64,000 nucleotides of DNA from Candidatus Kerfeldbacteria bacterium (GTDB lineage Bacteria; Patescibacteriota; Patescibacteriia; UBA10025; JAHIVO01). Positions 55,789-64,000 of the stretch are shown piece after piece (the stretch's first letter is position 1; each line of letters begins with the position of its first letter). The notes beneath the pieces are model-generated. The model had not been told where the DNA came from, searched no databases, and saw only the letters and a list, made by a program, of their open reading frames with translations. The stretch is from the NCBI GenBank assembly GCA_047946875.1, contig CP181398.1, forward strand, positions 574,514-638,513, written 5' to 3'. The translations under genes were made by a program, and so were the position numbers.

Positions 55789-57339
55789 TTATTTTAATTT
55801 TTTTATTAAAATATCCAAAACTTTATTTGCATCGGCTCTTCCCTTAGTATCTTTCATAATCTGCCCAACAAGAAATTTAATTGCATTATCTTTACCAGAT
55901 TTATAATCCTCTACAACTTTCTTATTATTATTTATTGCTTGGTTTATTACATCGTCAAGACTATCGTCACTTGTCAGTTTACCAAGATCTTCATTTTCCA
56001 TTATATCAGAAGGGTCCCCACCTTCATTGAACATTTTATTCAAAACCAATACTCCTGTGTGATTATTCAAACGTTTGTCAAAAACTAATTTTAATAGCTC
56101 TGCAAAATTTTCATGAGATATTTTTATATCTTTGATTTTAGTATTTTTACTATTGACTAAATTTAATAATCTAGAAATTATCCAATTAGCAGCTGACTTA
56201 ACTAGTTTCTTCTTATTTTTATCCCATACTTCATCATTAGTACCTTCAACTTGATCAGCAGTGATTATCCACCCTCTTAGTTCTGAAATAACTCCTTCAA
56301 AATAATTTGCAAGATCTTTATCAGCGACTAAAATATTCGAATCATATTCATTTAACTCAAATTCTTTTTGGAATCTTTGCCTTTTAGGATAAGGCATCTC
56401 AGACAATGTAACCTTGATATCATCAATGTATTTTTTACTAAAATTGAATGGTGGAATATCTGGCTCGGGAAAATATCGATAATCATGTTGCTCCTCTTTA
56501 ACTCTTTGTAAAACAGTTTCATTTTTTTTCTCATCCCATCCGCGAGTAGACTGTAAGGTCGGGGCTTCTCCCTTTTCCCATAATTCAGTTTGTCTTTTTA
56601 TTTCATACTCTAACGCTTTTTCCACAGACTTAAAAGAATTAAGATTTTTAATTTCAGTTTTTGGATACAATTTTTCTGCTTCAAGACCTATAGAATCATC
56701 TGTTACTTTTTCTGAAATATATTCTGGATTGGGTCTTAATGAAATATTTGCATCACAACGTAGCTGTCCTTTCTCCATGTTTGCATCAGAAATATCTAAG
56801 TATCTCATTATCAATCTTATCTCCTGTAAAAATTCTTTTGAGCCTTGTGGCGATTTTAAATCAGGTCTAGTCACAACTTCTAACAATGGTGTACCAGCTC
56901 GATTATAATCAACATAACTAGCACTTTTATCTTCTTCGTGCATTAACTTGCCAGTATCTTCCTCGAGGTGAGCTCGTTCAATTCTTACTCTTCTCTTACC
57001 AGCACTACTTTTTATTATCAAATGTCCATCATGCCCAAATGGTTCATCAAACTGAGATATCTGATAACCTTTTGGCAAATCAGGATAATAATAGCTCTTG
57101 CGATCAAAATGAGAATGCATATTGATTCCACAATTTAATGCTAATGACGCCATAATTGCCCATTTAACTGCTTGCTCATTTGTAGTAGGTAATATACCAG
57201 GGTGCCCCAAACATATTGAACATACTGTCGTATTAGCTGATTTATCCTCACCAGTATTATCACACGTACAAAACATCTTACTTTTAGTCTTAAGCTGGAC
57301 ATGTATTTCTAATCCTATTACTGTTTCATATTTATTCAT
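55789..57339 (-). CDS. gatB: aspartyl/glutamyl-tRNA(Asn/Gln) amidotransferase subunit B
   Basis: 516 aa. The N-terminus YETVIGLEIHVQLKTKSKMFC and the GatB/YqeY C-terminal domain. Confidence 0.95.
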   Translation of the reverse strand: MNKYETVIGLEIHVQLKTKSKMFCTCDNTGEDKSANTTVCSICLGHPGILPTTNEQAVKWAIMASLALNCGINMHSHFDRKSYYYPDLPKGYQISQFDEPFGHDGHLIIKSSAGKRRVRIERAHLEEDTGKLMHEEDKSASYVDYNRAGTPLLEVVTRPDLKSPQGSKEFLQEIRLIMRYLDISDANMEKGQLRCDANISLRPNPEYISEKVTDDSIGLEAEKLYPKTEIKNLNSFKSVEKALEYEIKRQTELWEKGEAPTLQSTRGWDEKKNETVLQRVKEEQHDYRYFPEPDIPPFNFSKKYIDDIKVTLSEMPYPKRQRFQKEFELNEYDSNILVADKDLANYFEGVISELRGWIITADQVEGTNDEVWDKNKKKLVKSAANWIISRLLNLVNSKNTKIKDIKISHENFAELLKLVFDKRLNNHTGVLVLNKMFNEGGDPSDIMENEDLGKLTSDDSLDDVINQAINNNKKVVEDYKSGKDNAIKFLVGQIMKDTKGRADANKVLDILIKKLK

Positions 57340-57409
57340 AGGATAATTGTACCAAAAAAACCTATTTTTTGGAAATATAAAAAAAACGCCTCATACAATA
57401 GCAATTATA

Positions 57410-58270
57410 TTAGGCGTCTATATCAAAGAAATAATCTCTAAGAATTCGCGATCTGCTCGCATGTCGCAATCTTCTTATAGCTTTTTTCTTGATTTGTCTT
57501 ATTCTTTCTCTTGTAAGACTTTTTATTTCCCCAATTTCCTCCAAAGTCATTGACTTCTGTCCGCTGAATCCAAAGTATAAATATATAACCTCGGCTTCTT
57601 TAGATGTCAATGAACAAAGCACTTTATCTATTTCAACACGCAATGAGTCTCTGAATAATTCATCATCAGGACTTGACTGATTACTGTCTTCAAGAACATC
57701 AACCAAAGATCCATCATTATCATTAATCGGAGAATCCAAGGACAAATGGCTATCACCAATTGTTAAAGTTTCAGCTACTTCTTTTTCAGTCAAACCAAGT
57801 TCAAATGCTATTTCCTGTTCAGAAGGATCACGTCCAAGTATCTGTTGAAGGTTTTTTGATGCTTTACCAGTCTTATTCAAAACACCAACTCTGTTCAAAG
57901 GCAGCCTTACTATCCTGCTTTGTTCCGCCAAAGCCTGCAAAATAGATTGTCTGATCCACCAAACAGCATAGCTTATCAATCTGAATCCACGAGTTTCATC
58001 AAATCTTTCTACAGCTTTTATAAGGCCGATATTTCCATCGTTTATCAAATCCTGGAGGCTTATTCCTTGATTTTGATATTGTTTGGCAATAGAAACTACA
58101 AATCGTAAATTTGGCTTAACAAGTGCATTTCGCACACTCTTATCCCCTGATTTATACTTTCTTGCTAATCTTGTCTCTTCCTTATGGCTTAGAATTGCTG
58201 TTTCACCAATCTGTTTTAAATATAGATCTAGCGATTTATCATCTACATCAGATTTTTTTTTCAAAATCAA
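57410..58270 (-). CDS. RNA polymerase sigma-70 family factor (short, RpoD-like; regions 1.2-4)
   Basis: 286 aa. Region 2 (LISYAVWWIRQSI), region 3 and region 4 (LTLEEIGEIKSLTRERIRQIKKKAIRRLR). Confidence 0.9.
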   Translation of the reverse strand: MILKKKSDVDDKSLDLYLKQIGETAILSHKEETRLARKYKSGDKSVRNALVKPNLRFVVSIAKQYQNQGISLQDLINDGNIGLIKAVERFDETRGFRLISYAVWWIRQSILQALAEQSRIVRLPLNRVGVLNKTGKASKNLQQILGRDPSEQEIAFELGLTEKEVAETLTIGDSHLSLDSPINDNDGSLVDVLEDSNQSSPDDELFRDSLRVEIDKVLCSLTSKEAEVIYLYFGFSGQKSMTLEEIGEIKSLTRERIRQIKKKAIRRLRHASRSRILRDYFFDIDA

Positions 58271-58386
58271 TTACCTCCTTTCGAGAAATATATTAAGAAT
58301 ATTTTTTAATGAACAATTACCAGTTTTAAACCTTATCACAACAAAAAAATCTAGTCAATCCAGACATGCTTCATAGTATTAAATTT

Positions 58387-59013
58387 TTATAAAATTTCTT
58401 GTACTTTATCTTGTATTTTTTTGGCAATGTCAGACACCTCTCCTATTGCGGAAATAATAAACATTTTATCATTTTTTTCTGCTTGTTTTAGATACCCCTG
58501 ACGGACAGTTGAATGAAATTCTGTTGTTTCTTGATCTAATCTATCATGCTTTTCATCTCTCCTTCTAGCATCTGCTTCCTCTGGGGTAATATCTAAATAT
58601 ATAATTAAGTCAGGTTCTAAACCATATTTCGCCCAATCATTCATTTGTTTTATTTTATCCAAGTCAATCTTTCTGGCTACCCCCTGATAAGCAAATGTCG
58701 AAGTATCAAACCTATCACAAATAACAATTTTTCCTTTATCTAAGGCCGGCCTAACAACTTCAGCTACATGCTGAGCTCGTGATGCTAAATATAATAAAAG
58801 TTCAGCACGATTATCCATTTCTGAATGATTCTTATCTAATATTATTTCTCTAATTTTTTCTGCAATCACCGAATCTTTACCACCCGGTTCTCTAGTAATA
58901 ATATAATTAATATTTTTTTCTATTAAATATTCTTTCAATAATTCTATCTGGGTACTCTTACCCGATTTATCACCACCCTCCAAAACAATAAATTTTCCAT
59001 TTTTATCATTCAT
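58387..59013 (-). CDS. tmk: thymidylate kinase
   Basis: FIVLEGGDKSGKSTQ P-loop, the DRF motif region and the lid. Confidence 0.9.
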   Translation of the reverse strand: MNDKNGKFIVLEGGDKSGKSTQIELLKEYLIEKNINYIITREPGGKDSVIAEKIREIILDKNHSEMDNRAELLLYLASRAQHVAEVVRPALDKGKIVICDRFDTSTFAYQGVARKIDLDKIKQMNDWAKYGLEPDLIIYLDITPEEADARRRDEKHDRLDQETTEFHSTVRQGYLKQAEKNDKMFIISAIGEVSDIAKKIQDKVQEIL

Positions 59014-59014
59014 A

Positions 59015-59536
59015 TTATTTTTCTAAAACTAAAAATTTATATTTATATTTTTCATCACTACTTTCTCTTTCACTAACAACTTTTGTAAACTGAGAATATT
59101 CTGGAAAAAAAGTATCTGCTTCATACTCCCCTTCAACTTCCGTAACATATAAACGATCTATCAAATCAATAGTTTGTTTATAGATAGAAGCACCACCAAT
59201 TACAAAAATTTCCTCTTGATCATTTTCCTTAGCGATTTTAATACCTTCCTCAATAGAACTTGCTATTGTCACTCCATCAGCTTTATAATTCTTATCTAAC
59301 GAAAGTACTATATTCAATCTTTTTGGTAATGGCATTCCTATTGATTCAAAAGTAAGCTGTCCCATAATGACTGGGTGACCAGCTGTTATCTTACGAAAAT
59401 ATTGCATATCCTCTGGGATCTCCCACAATAATTTATTTTTGGATCCAATAGCCCTATCTTGTTTTGCTACCGCTACAATACTACTTACAATTGGTTGTCT
59501 CATATTATTTATCCTTATAATATTTTGGTAAAGCAA
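59015..59536 (-). CDS. folA: dihydrofolate reductase
   Basis: VAKQDRAIGSKNKLLWEIPEDMQYFRKITAGHPVIMGQLTFESIG matches DHFR. Confidence 0.9.
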   Translation of the reverse strand: MLYQNIIRINNMRQPIVSSIVAVAKQDRAIGSKNKLLWEIPEDMQYFRKITAGHPVIMGQLTFESIGMPLPKRLNIVLSLDKNYKADGVTIASSIEEGIKIAKENDQEEIFVIGGASIYKQTIDLIDRLYVTEVEGEYEADTFFPEYSQFTKVVSERESSDEKYKYKFLVLEK

Positions 59537-60038
59537 TCGGGGTTAACGCTGCTAAGACCATATTAATATATCCTTGTTCTCGTGTTACATGATTATCCGT
59601 AGCTAAGCCGAACCAACCCTCTTTTTGTTTGGTGTTTGTCTCTCCAACCAAATCATCATGAGCATCACCTAATTCCATGCCCTGATTTTTTATCTTGTTC
59701 ATTATTACTTTTGGTAATGGCACACCAAAAGAATGACCATAGTAAATTTTACCCTTTCTGTCTACAATTGCACACCAGGCATTAACAAAAGCAAAGTCAT
59801 CTCTAGTCTCTATCCCTCCTTCTATACCAACGCCATATTCAGCCTGTTCTGCAGCTTCTAAGGCCATTTTAGCGCGATTTAATGCACCGTGACGTGTTTC
59901 ATCGTTATATGGTTGATCAGCGATTCCTGAGGGAACTTTATGATAACAAAAATAAGACTTCTCTTTAAAACGCATTTTAAAAGCTTTTTCTACGGCCGAT
60001 ATTTTTACTGGGTTTACCGATCCAATTGATACTTTCAT
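59505..60038 (-). CDS. inosine/xanthosine triphosphatase-like non-canonical NTP pyrophosphatase (YjjX/NTPase I-T family)
   Basis: 177 aa. SVNPVKISAVEKAF, SGIADQPYNDETRHGALNRA, VGIEGGI and GLATDNHVTREQGYINMVLAALTP align to the YjjX family pattern. Confidence 0.7.
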   Translation of the reverse strand: MKVSIGSVNPVKISAVEKAFKMRFKEKSYFCYHKVPSGIADQPYNDETRHGALNRAKMALEAAEQAEYGVGIEGGIETRDDFAFVNAWCAIVDRKGKIYYGHSFGVPLPKVIMNKIKNQGMELGDAHDDLVGETNTKQKEGWFGLATDNHVTREQGYINMVLAALTPIALPKYYKDK

Positions 60039-60040
60039 AG

Positions 60041-60970
60041 TTATACTGCTATAGGAGCCTTGATCCTAGGATGTGGATCATACCCTTCTAATTCAAAATC
60101 TTCAAATTTAAAATCGAATATATCTTTTATATCAGGATTGATTTTCATAATTGGCAATTCTTTTGGTTCACGGGATAATTGTAATTTAACCTGATCAAAA
60201 TGATTATTATAAATATGAACGTCGCCAAATGTATGAACAAAATCTCCCAATTTTAATCCTGAAACTTGTGCCATCATCATGGCTAATAAAGCATAAGATG
60301 CAATATTAAATGGAACTCCCAAAAATACATCTGCACTACGTTGATAAAGTTGGCAAGACAATTTACCATCCAAGACATGAAATTGATAAATAGTATGACA
60401 AGGAGGTGGCGCTGCTATTTTACTTTTAATATTTTGTTGCAAGTCCCCTACATTCCACCCACTAACAATAATTCTACGAGAGTTAGGATTATTCCTTAAC
60501 AAATCCTGTACTTCAGCAATCTGATTAAACTTTGTGCCATCCGATGATTCCCAAGCTATCCATTGCTTACCATAAACTGGGCCAAGATCGCCATATTCTT
60601 TTGCAAAATCTTCATCGGACTTTATTTTCTCAATAAACTCTTTTTTCTTTTCAATCCACTCATCCGTATACATTGGATATTTTTCTTCTAATTTATTTTT
60701 AACCAAATATCCCTGATATGGCCATTCATCCCAAATATGAACCTTGTTATCAGCTAAATATTTAATATTAGTACTTCCACTAAGAAACCAAAGTAATTCA
60801 TGAATGATTGATCTCATGAAAACTTTCTTGGTAGTTACTAAAGGAAAGCCTTCACTTAAATTATATCTCATTTGATAACCAAAAAGACTCCGAGTACCTA
60901 CTCCCGTCCTGTCAGAGCGATCAACTCCTTTGTCTAATATTGTTTGTAATAAGTCTAGATATTTCTTCAT
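60041..60970 (-). CDS. thyA: thymidylate synthase
   Basis: 309 aa. [20 protein letters not shown] plus the catalytic Cys region. The promoter aTGACA - 17 nt - TGTATAAT lies at 60980-61010 on the minus strand. Confidence 0.95.
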   Translation of the reverse strand: MKKYLDLLQTILDKGVDRSDRTGVGTRSLFGYQMRYNLSEGFPLVTTKKVFMRSIIHELLWFLSGSTNIKYLADNKVHIWDEWPYQGYLVKNKLEEKYPMYTDEWIEKKKEFIEKIKSDEDFAKEYGDLGPVYGKQWIAWESSDGTKFNQIAEVQDLLRNNPNSRRIIVSGWNVGDLQQNIKSKIAAPPPCHTIYQFHVLDGKLSCQLYQRSADVFLGVPFNIASYALLAMMMAQVSGLKLGDFVHTFGDVHIYNNHFDQVKLQLSREPKELPIMKINPDIKDIFDFKFEDFELEGYDPHPRIKAPIAV

Positions 60971-61046
60971 AGTTTAATAATTATACATTATTTCAAATAA
61001 TTTGTCATAATAAAAAAATCCGTTCATTATAGTATTAATGAACGGA
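60954..61046. repeat. 93-bp direct repeat, copy 1: terminator hairpin + thyA promoter + first thyA codons
   Basis: tctagatatt...tccgttcattatagtattaatgaacgga. It is about 93% identical to 61904-61996, 950 bp away. Confidence 0.8.
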
Positions 61047-61055
61047 ATTATATGT

Positions 61056-61787
61056 CTAAATATCTCCAATGGATTTTGCCGGGCTTGAAGACACAACATT
61101 GAAAATATCCACTCCTGCTCTAAATTTAACTCCGAATCTACCCTTGAATAAAACATTATCAGGCACACTTCTGGGCAATAATTCACCCAAATAGCATAGT
61201 TGCTGATACCTAGGAGATCCTTCGCAATCAAGAGTAGAACTACGTATTAGTTTTTGAATAGATTTTTCGGTCTGGTCATGAAACACCTGATAATATTCTC
61301 CAAATTTCCGATGAAATTCGTAGATATCACCTTTGTAGGTGTACCCTACCCAAATACTATCAATAGTCACCACTCCGTCCATTGTGTAGGTAAACGCTTC
61401 TTCCTGAAATGGATTGAAATAACTCATTCCATCTACGACTCTCATTTCGGACCTAACAGATAAATCTTCTGGCAAGATGATTGTTTGACGAATCTCATTC
61501 TGACTGAGAAAAAACATCGAAGCGACGCATATCAAGAAGAATAAGGGTCTCAACGCAAGATTGTTGATCTTAATACCCAACAACCTTTTGTGATTTGGCA
61601 TCTTTAAATAAATAAATACTGCTGGGGCCAAGGTAAAAATTGCTCCCAACATAATCCATATACCCATAATATCCTCAGGATATTTCGGACTCAAAAACCT
61701 TGATACCATCAAAACTATCGATGCCAGCAGAAAAAATTTACCCAGATTGGCCAACTTTTTTGCTGTTTTAATTTCATGATCTTCCAT
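61056..61787 (-). CDS. hypothetical 3-TM membrane protein with an extracytoplasmic domain, tandem paralog A
   Basis: 243 aa. It is a paralog of 62008..62718; compare YEFHRKFGEYYQVFHDQTEKSIQKL with IQYHKQYHDQKDQFKLVAESL. Confidence 0.55.
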   Translation of the reverse strand: MEDHEIKTAKKLANLGKFFLLASIVLMVSRFLSPKYPEDIMGIWIMLGAIFTLAPAVFIYLKMPNHKRLLGIKINNLALRPLFFLICVASMFFLSQNEIRQTIILPEDLSVRSEMRVVDGMSYFNPFQEEAFTYTMDGVVTIDSIWVGYTYKGDIYEFHRKFGEYYQVFHDQTEKSIQKLIRSSTLDCEGSPRYQQLCYLGELLPRSVPDNVLFKGRFGVKFRAGVDIFNVVSSSPAKSIGDI

Positions 61788-61903
61788 TATCAGTTCTCCT
61801 CTGTAAAATTTAAAAGGACGTTTAGCATTTTAAAAAACTTTAACATACCAAAAAAGGCATGTCAATGCAATAATTAACTTAATCAAATATCTTTTATAAT
61901 AAA

Positions 61904-61996
61904 TCTAGATATTGTTTAATAGTTTAATAACTATACATTATTTTAAATAATTTGTCATAATAAAAAAATCCGTTCATTATAGTATTAATGAACGGA
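61904..61996. repeat. 93-bp direct repeat, copy 2 (degenerate thyA promoter/5' end with the ATG lost)
   Basis: Same hairpin tccgttcattatagtattaatgaacgga and -10 region. The thyA-like start is mutated: copy 2 has attaaacaatatctagat where copy 1 has attaaactATGaagaaatatctagac. Confidence 0.8.
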
Positions 61997-62007
61997 AATT
62001 TAACTTA

Positions 62008-62718
62008 TTACTTACCGACAATTTCTGAAATAAAGGTACGACTTGAAAGTGATAACTTTCCCGAAAACTTTATATGATCAGGTAAATCTGAGCCGGACAG
62101 TACTCCCGTTAAATAGCAAATTTGATCAGTTCTATACTGTCCACTATATAATATTGTCGATTCCCTTATTATATTAGTAAACAAAGATTCAGCAACCAAC
62201 TTAAATTGATCTTTCTGATCATGATACTGCTTATGATATTGAATAGCATTTCCATCGTAATAATATTCTATTAGGAACCCGTCCATAATAGGAGTATTTC
62301 GAACTAGCCAATACCTAGTCGCTGAGTAGTTAATATAATCAAAAGATGTTAATCCTTCAACAACTTGAGCTTTTTCCGGGTTATCATTCTCAAACATTAC
62401 TACTGTAGTATAACTATTCAACGATGGACTCACAAAAATCATTGAACCTATTGCCAAGAGGCATAACAATGGACATAAAATTCCACCAATAGTGATCGAG
62501 TATGATAATGGTTTTTTTGAAAACCATCCTAGCACTACTCCAAAGACAGCTACTATAGCTACCAAAAAAAATGCAACAAACATACAAACCATTATATTAT
62601 CAGCTGGATAACGATCAAGAAAGTTACGGATATAAATAAATATTCCCGCTAGACCATATGTCGACCATCCTATAACTGTTAACAATTTATTATTCTTTTT
62701 CTGCTTTGTCTCTGACAT
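62008..62718 (-). CDS. hypothetical 3-TM membrane protein with an extracytoplasmic domain, tandem paralog B
   Basis: 236 aa. Same architecture as 61056..61787. Confidence 0.55.
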   Translation of the reverse strand: MSETKQKKNNKLLTVIGWSTYGLAGIFIYIRNFLDRYPADNIMVCMFVAFFLVAIVAVFGVVLGWFSKKPLSYSITIGGILCPLLCLLAIGSMIFVSPSLNSYTTVVMFENDNPEKAQVVEGLTSFDYINYSATRYWLVRNTPIMDGFLIEYYYDGNAIQYHKQYHDQKDQFKLVAESLFTNIIRESTILYSGQYRTDQICYLTGVLSGSDLPDHIKFSGKLSLSSRTFISEIVGK

Positions 62719-62850
62719 TTCTGCCTCCTCGTTTTATAAATAAAAGTTAATGTACAATTCAAATATTATAAAAACTTAACATAAATATACTAACTATGTC
62801 AATATTTAGCTAATGTATTAACATTATAATTTAATTATGCCAATAAGTAT

Positions 62851-63360
62851 TTACTTTAGTAATAAATCACTATAAGAAGTCTGTATTTTCTTGAATTTAT
62901 TTAATTCCAAATGATTAATTACCTCTTTATGCTCTATCTTAGCTTTGGATAAATTTAATTTCTCAGTTAAGGTTTCTAGTTCTAAAAAAATACCCAATTT
63001 ACTAACAGTATCTAGATGCACCCTAGTTTGCCTATACATCCAAAGTTCTCGCCTCTTCTTAACAACCACCTTATTCCCATAAGCATTACTTAGTATTTTT
63101 GTAGTTTGGGCACTTTGTTTCTTATCCAAATTCAATATATAGTATTCAGACACTTTGGACTTAGCACTATCTGGTCTTCGGTAATATATTAATTCAAATT
63201 TTTTATTAATAATTTCTCGTAATTTAAGTCGTCCACTTGGACAATTAAAATAAGTATCTACTTGGTTAAGAATAGCTATTTTTTTCGCTTTTATTTTTTT
63301 TAATTGTAAAACTATATCTTTGTGGTTATCTATCTTAACTTTTAGTTCTACATTTTTCAT
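62851..63360 (-). CDS. CYTH-domain protein (class IV adenylyl cyclase / triphosphate tunnel metalloenzyme family)
   Basis: 169 aa. The N-terminal ELKVKI (ExExK motif), the RLKLREI and ELIYYRR pattern and the C-terminal ELETL acidic motifs are typical of CYTH. Confidence 0.65.
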   Translation of the reverse strand: MKNVELKVKIDNHKDIVLQLKKIKAKKIAILNQVDTYFNCPSGRLKLREIINKKFELIYYRRPDSAKSKVSEYYILNLDKKQSAQTTKILSNAYGNKVVVKKRRELWMYRQTRVHLDTVSKLGIFLELETLTEKLNLSKAKIEHKEVINHLELNKFKKIQTSYSDLLLK

Positions 63361-63363
63361 ATT

Positions 63364-63786
63364 TTATTTTCCGCTAGATAAAAATCCTGCTTCGCCACGC
63401 TCTGTATCTCCTAATTCATCAACAACTTCAAATTCAGTAGCTTCAAATTTTTGAATCAACATCTGAGCAATCTTATCACCTATTTTGAACTCATAGTCTT
63501 TATCCGTAGTGTTTAACAACAATATACCAATTTCACCACGATAATTACTGTCTATTACTCCCGCCATAGAATGTATACCAAACTTTGTAGCCATCCCGCT
63601 ACGATCCCAAATCAAAGCTACCATATCAGATGGTATCTCAATAGCAAAACCTAATTTAAACAAATGTCTTTCACCCGGTTTCAAAACCACGCTCTCTCGA
63701 GAATACAAATCAAGTCCAGCATCACCTAATCTACCATGGGCCGGTACTTTAACATCTTTTGCCAATAATTTGATCTTGGCTTTCAT
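63364..63786 (-). CDS. dut: dUTP diphosphatase
   Basis: 140 aa. GRLGDAGLDLYS, RSGMATKFGI and GVIDSNYRGEIGILLLN are dUTPase motifs 1-5. Confidence 0.9.
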   Translation of the reverse strand: MKAKIKLLAKDVKVPAHGRLGDAGLDLYSRESVVLKPGERHLFKLGFAIEIPSDMVALIWDRSGMATKFGIHSMAGVIDSNYRGEIGILLLNTTDKDYEFKIGDKIAQMLIQKFEATEFEVVDELGDTERGEAGFLSSGK

Positions 63787-63789
63787 ATT

Positions 63790-64000
63790 TTATTCTTTAT
63801 TCCAATCTGATTTATATTGCTTATACTTAACACCTGCTAAATCTAACATCTTGCGTGACGCAATCCAAATATCTTCATCATGATACTTATCACTCTCAAA
63901 AATAACTTCTTTTATACCTTTTTGTATTATTGCTTTACTACATTCGTTACACGGAAAAAGAGTACAATAAAGTTTGCTACCTTTTGTATCAGCATTTGTA
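63790..64000 (-). CDS. dCMP deaminase (ComEB-like), C-terminal part; N-terminus beyond the window
   Basis: Minus-strand frame ...KLYCTLFPCNECSKAIIQKGIKEVIFESDKYHDEDIWIASRKMLDLAGVKYKQYKSDWNKE* carries the zinc-binding PCxxC motif of CMP/dCMP deaminases. The stop is at 63790-63792. Confidence 0.7.
   Translation of the reverse strand, partial: TNADTKGSKLYCTLFPCNECSKAIIQKGIKEVIFESDKYHDEDIWIASRKMLDLAGVKYKQYKSDWNKE

Noticed and set aside
1-64000. CRISPR arrays or cas genes.
   Set aside because: No regularly spaced direct repeats of 25-40 bp with unique spacers were seen anywhere. The repeats present are terminator-promoter cassettes, tRNA-derived repeats and two large direct repeats.
1-64000. Alternative genetic code, with UGA as Gly or Trp, as found in some reduced low-GC lineages.
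   Set aside because: Long ORFs such as purL (1301 aa) and dnaE (1149 aa) are uninterrupted under the standard code. The tRNA-Trp has anticodon CCA rather than UCA. One in-frame TGA lies just upstream of the GIY-YIG ORF, but a stop there fits ORF boundaries better than recoding does.

Overview
This is a 64 kb segment of a low-GC bacterial chromosome, roughly 30% GC in membrane-protein genes and 37-40% in conserved enzymes. The standard genetic code applies: long ORFs are uninterrupted and tRNA-Trp carries a CCA anticodon. Shine-Dalgarno sites and intrinsic terminators are well formed. Gene content is mostly housekeeping. I call a single-chain large PurL, DnaE, ThrRS, GatB and a short sigma-70 factor. 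Translation factors and ribosomal proteins include EF-Ts, RF1 with PrmC, S2, L31, L25/Ctc and HPF. I also call a SEDS (FtsW/RodA-type) peptidoglycan glycosyltransferase, MiaA, MiaB, a 1-Cys peroxiredoxin and the YaaT/RicT protein. At the right end sits a complete dTTP-supply cluster running dCMP deaminase, dUTPase, a CYTH protein, ThyA, a YjjX-like NTPase, DHFR and Tmk. Between 24.0 and 25.4 kb lies a tRNA / rpmG locus that the supplied ORF track misses. It holds tRNA-Trp, L33, tRNA-Thr(TGT), tRNA-Tyr and tRNA-Thr(GGT). This locus has been rearranged: it carries a small GIY-YIG nuclease cassette flanked by 28-bp direct repeats, tRNA-derived pseudo-fragments and a recurring CCCGC hairpin. Accessory content includes a putative extracytoplasmic redox/iron module, a transporter/adenylate-forming/GNAT operon, and several exported proteins rich in Cys, Ca-binding motifs or FG-GAP repeats. 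It also includes a GC-richer HflK/HflC plus beta-barrel island with duplicated terminator-promoter modules, and a 241-bp GC-rich intergenic element flanked by inverted repeats. Conserved terminator + extended -10 promoter cassettes (CACCTC-N7-GAGGTG-T6-GGTATACT) recur between the minus-strand genes. I found no CRISPR array, integrase or transposase. All functional calls rest on motif recognition by eye; no database search was run.
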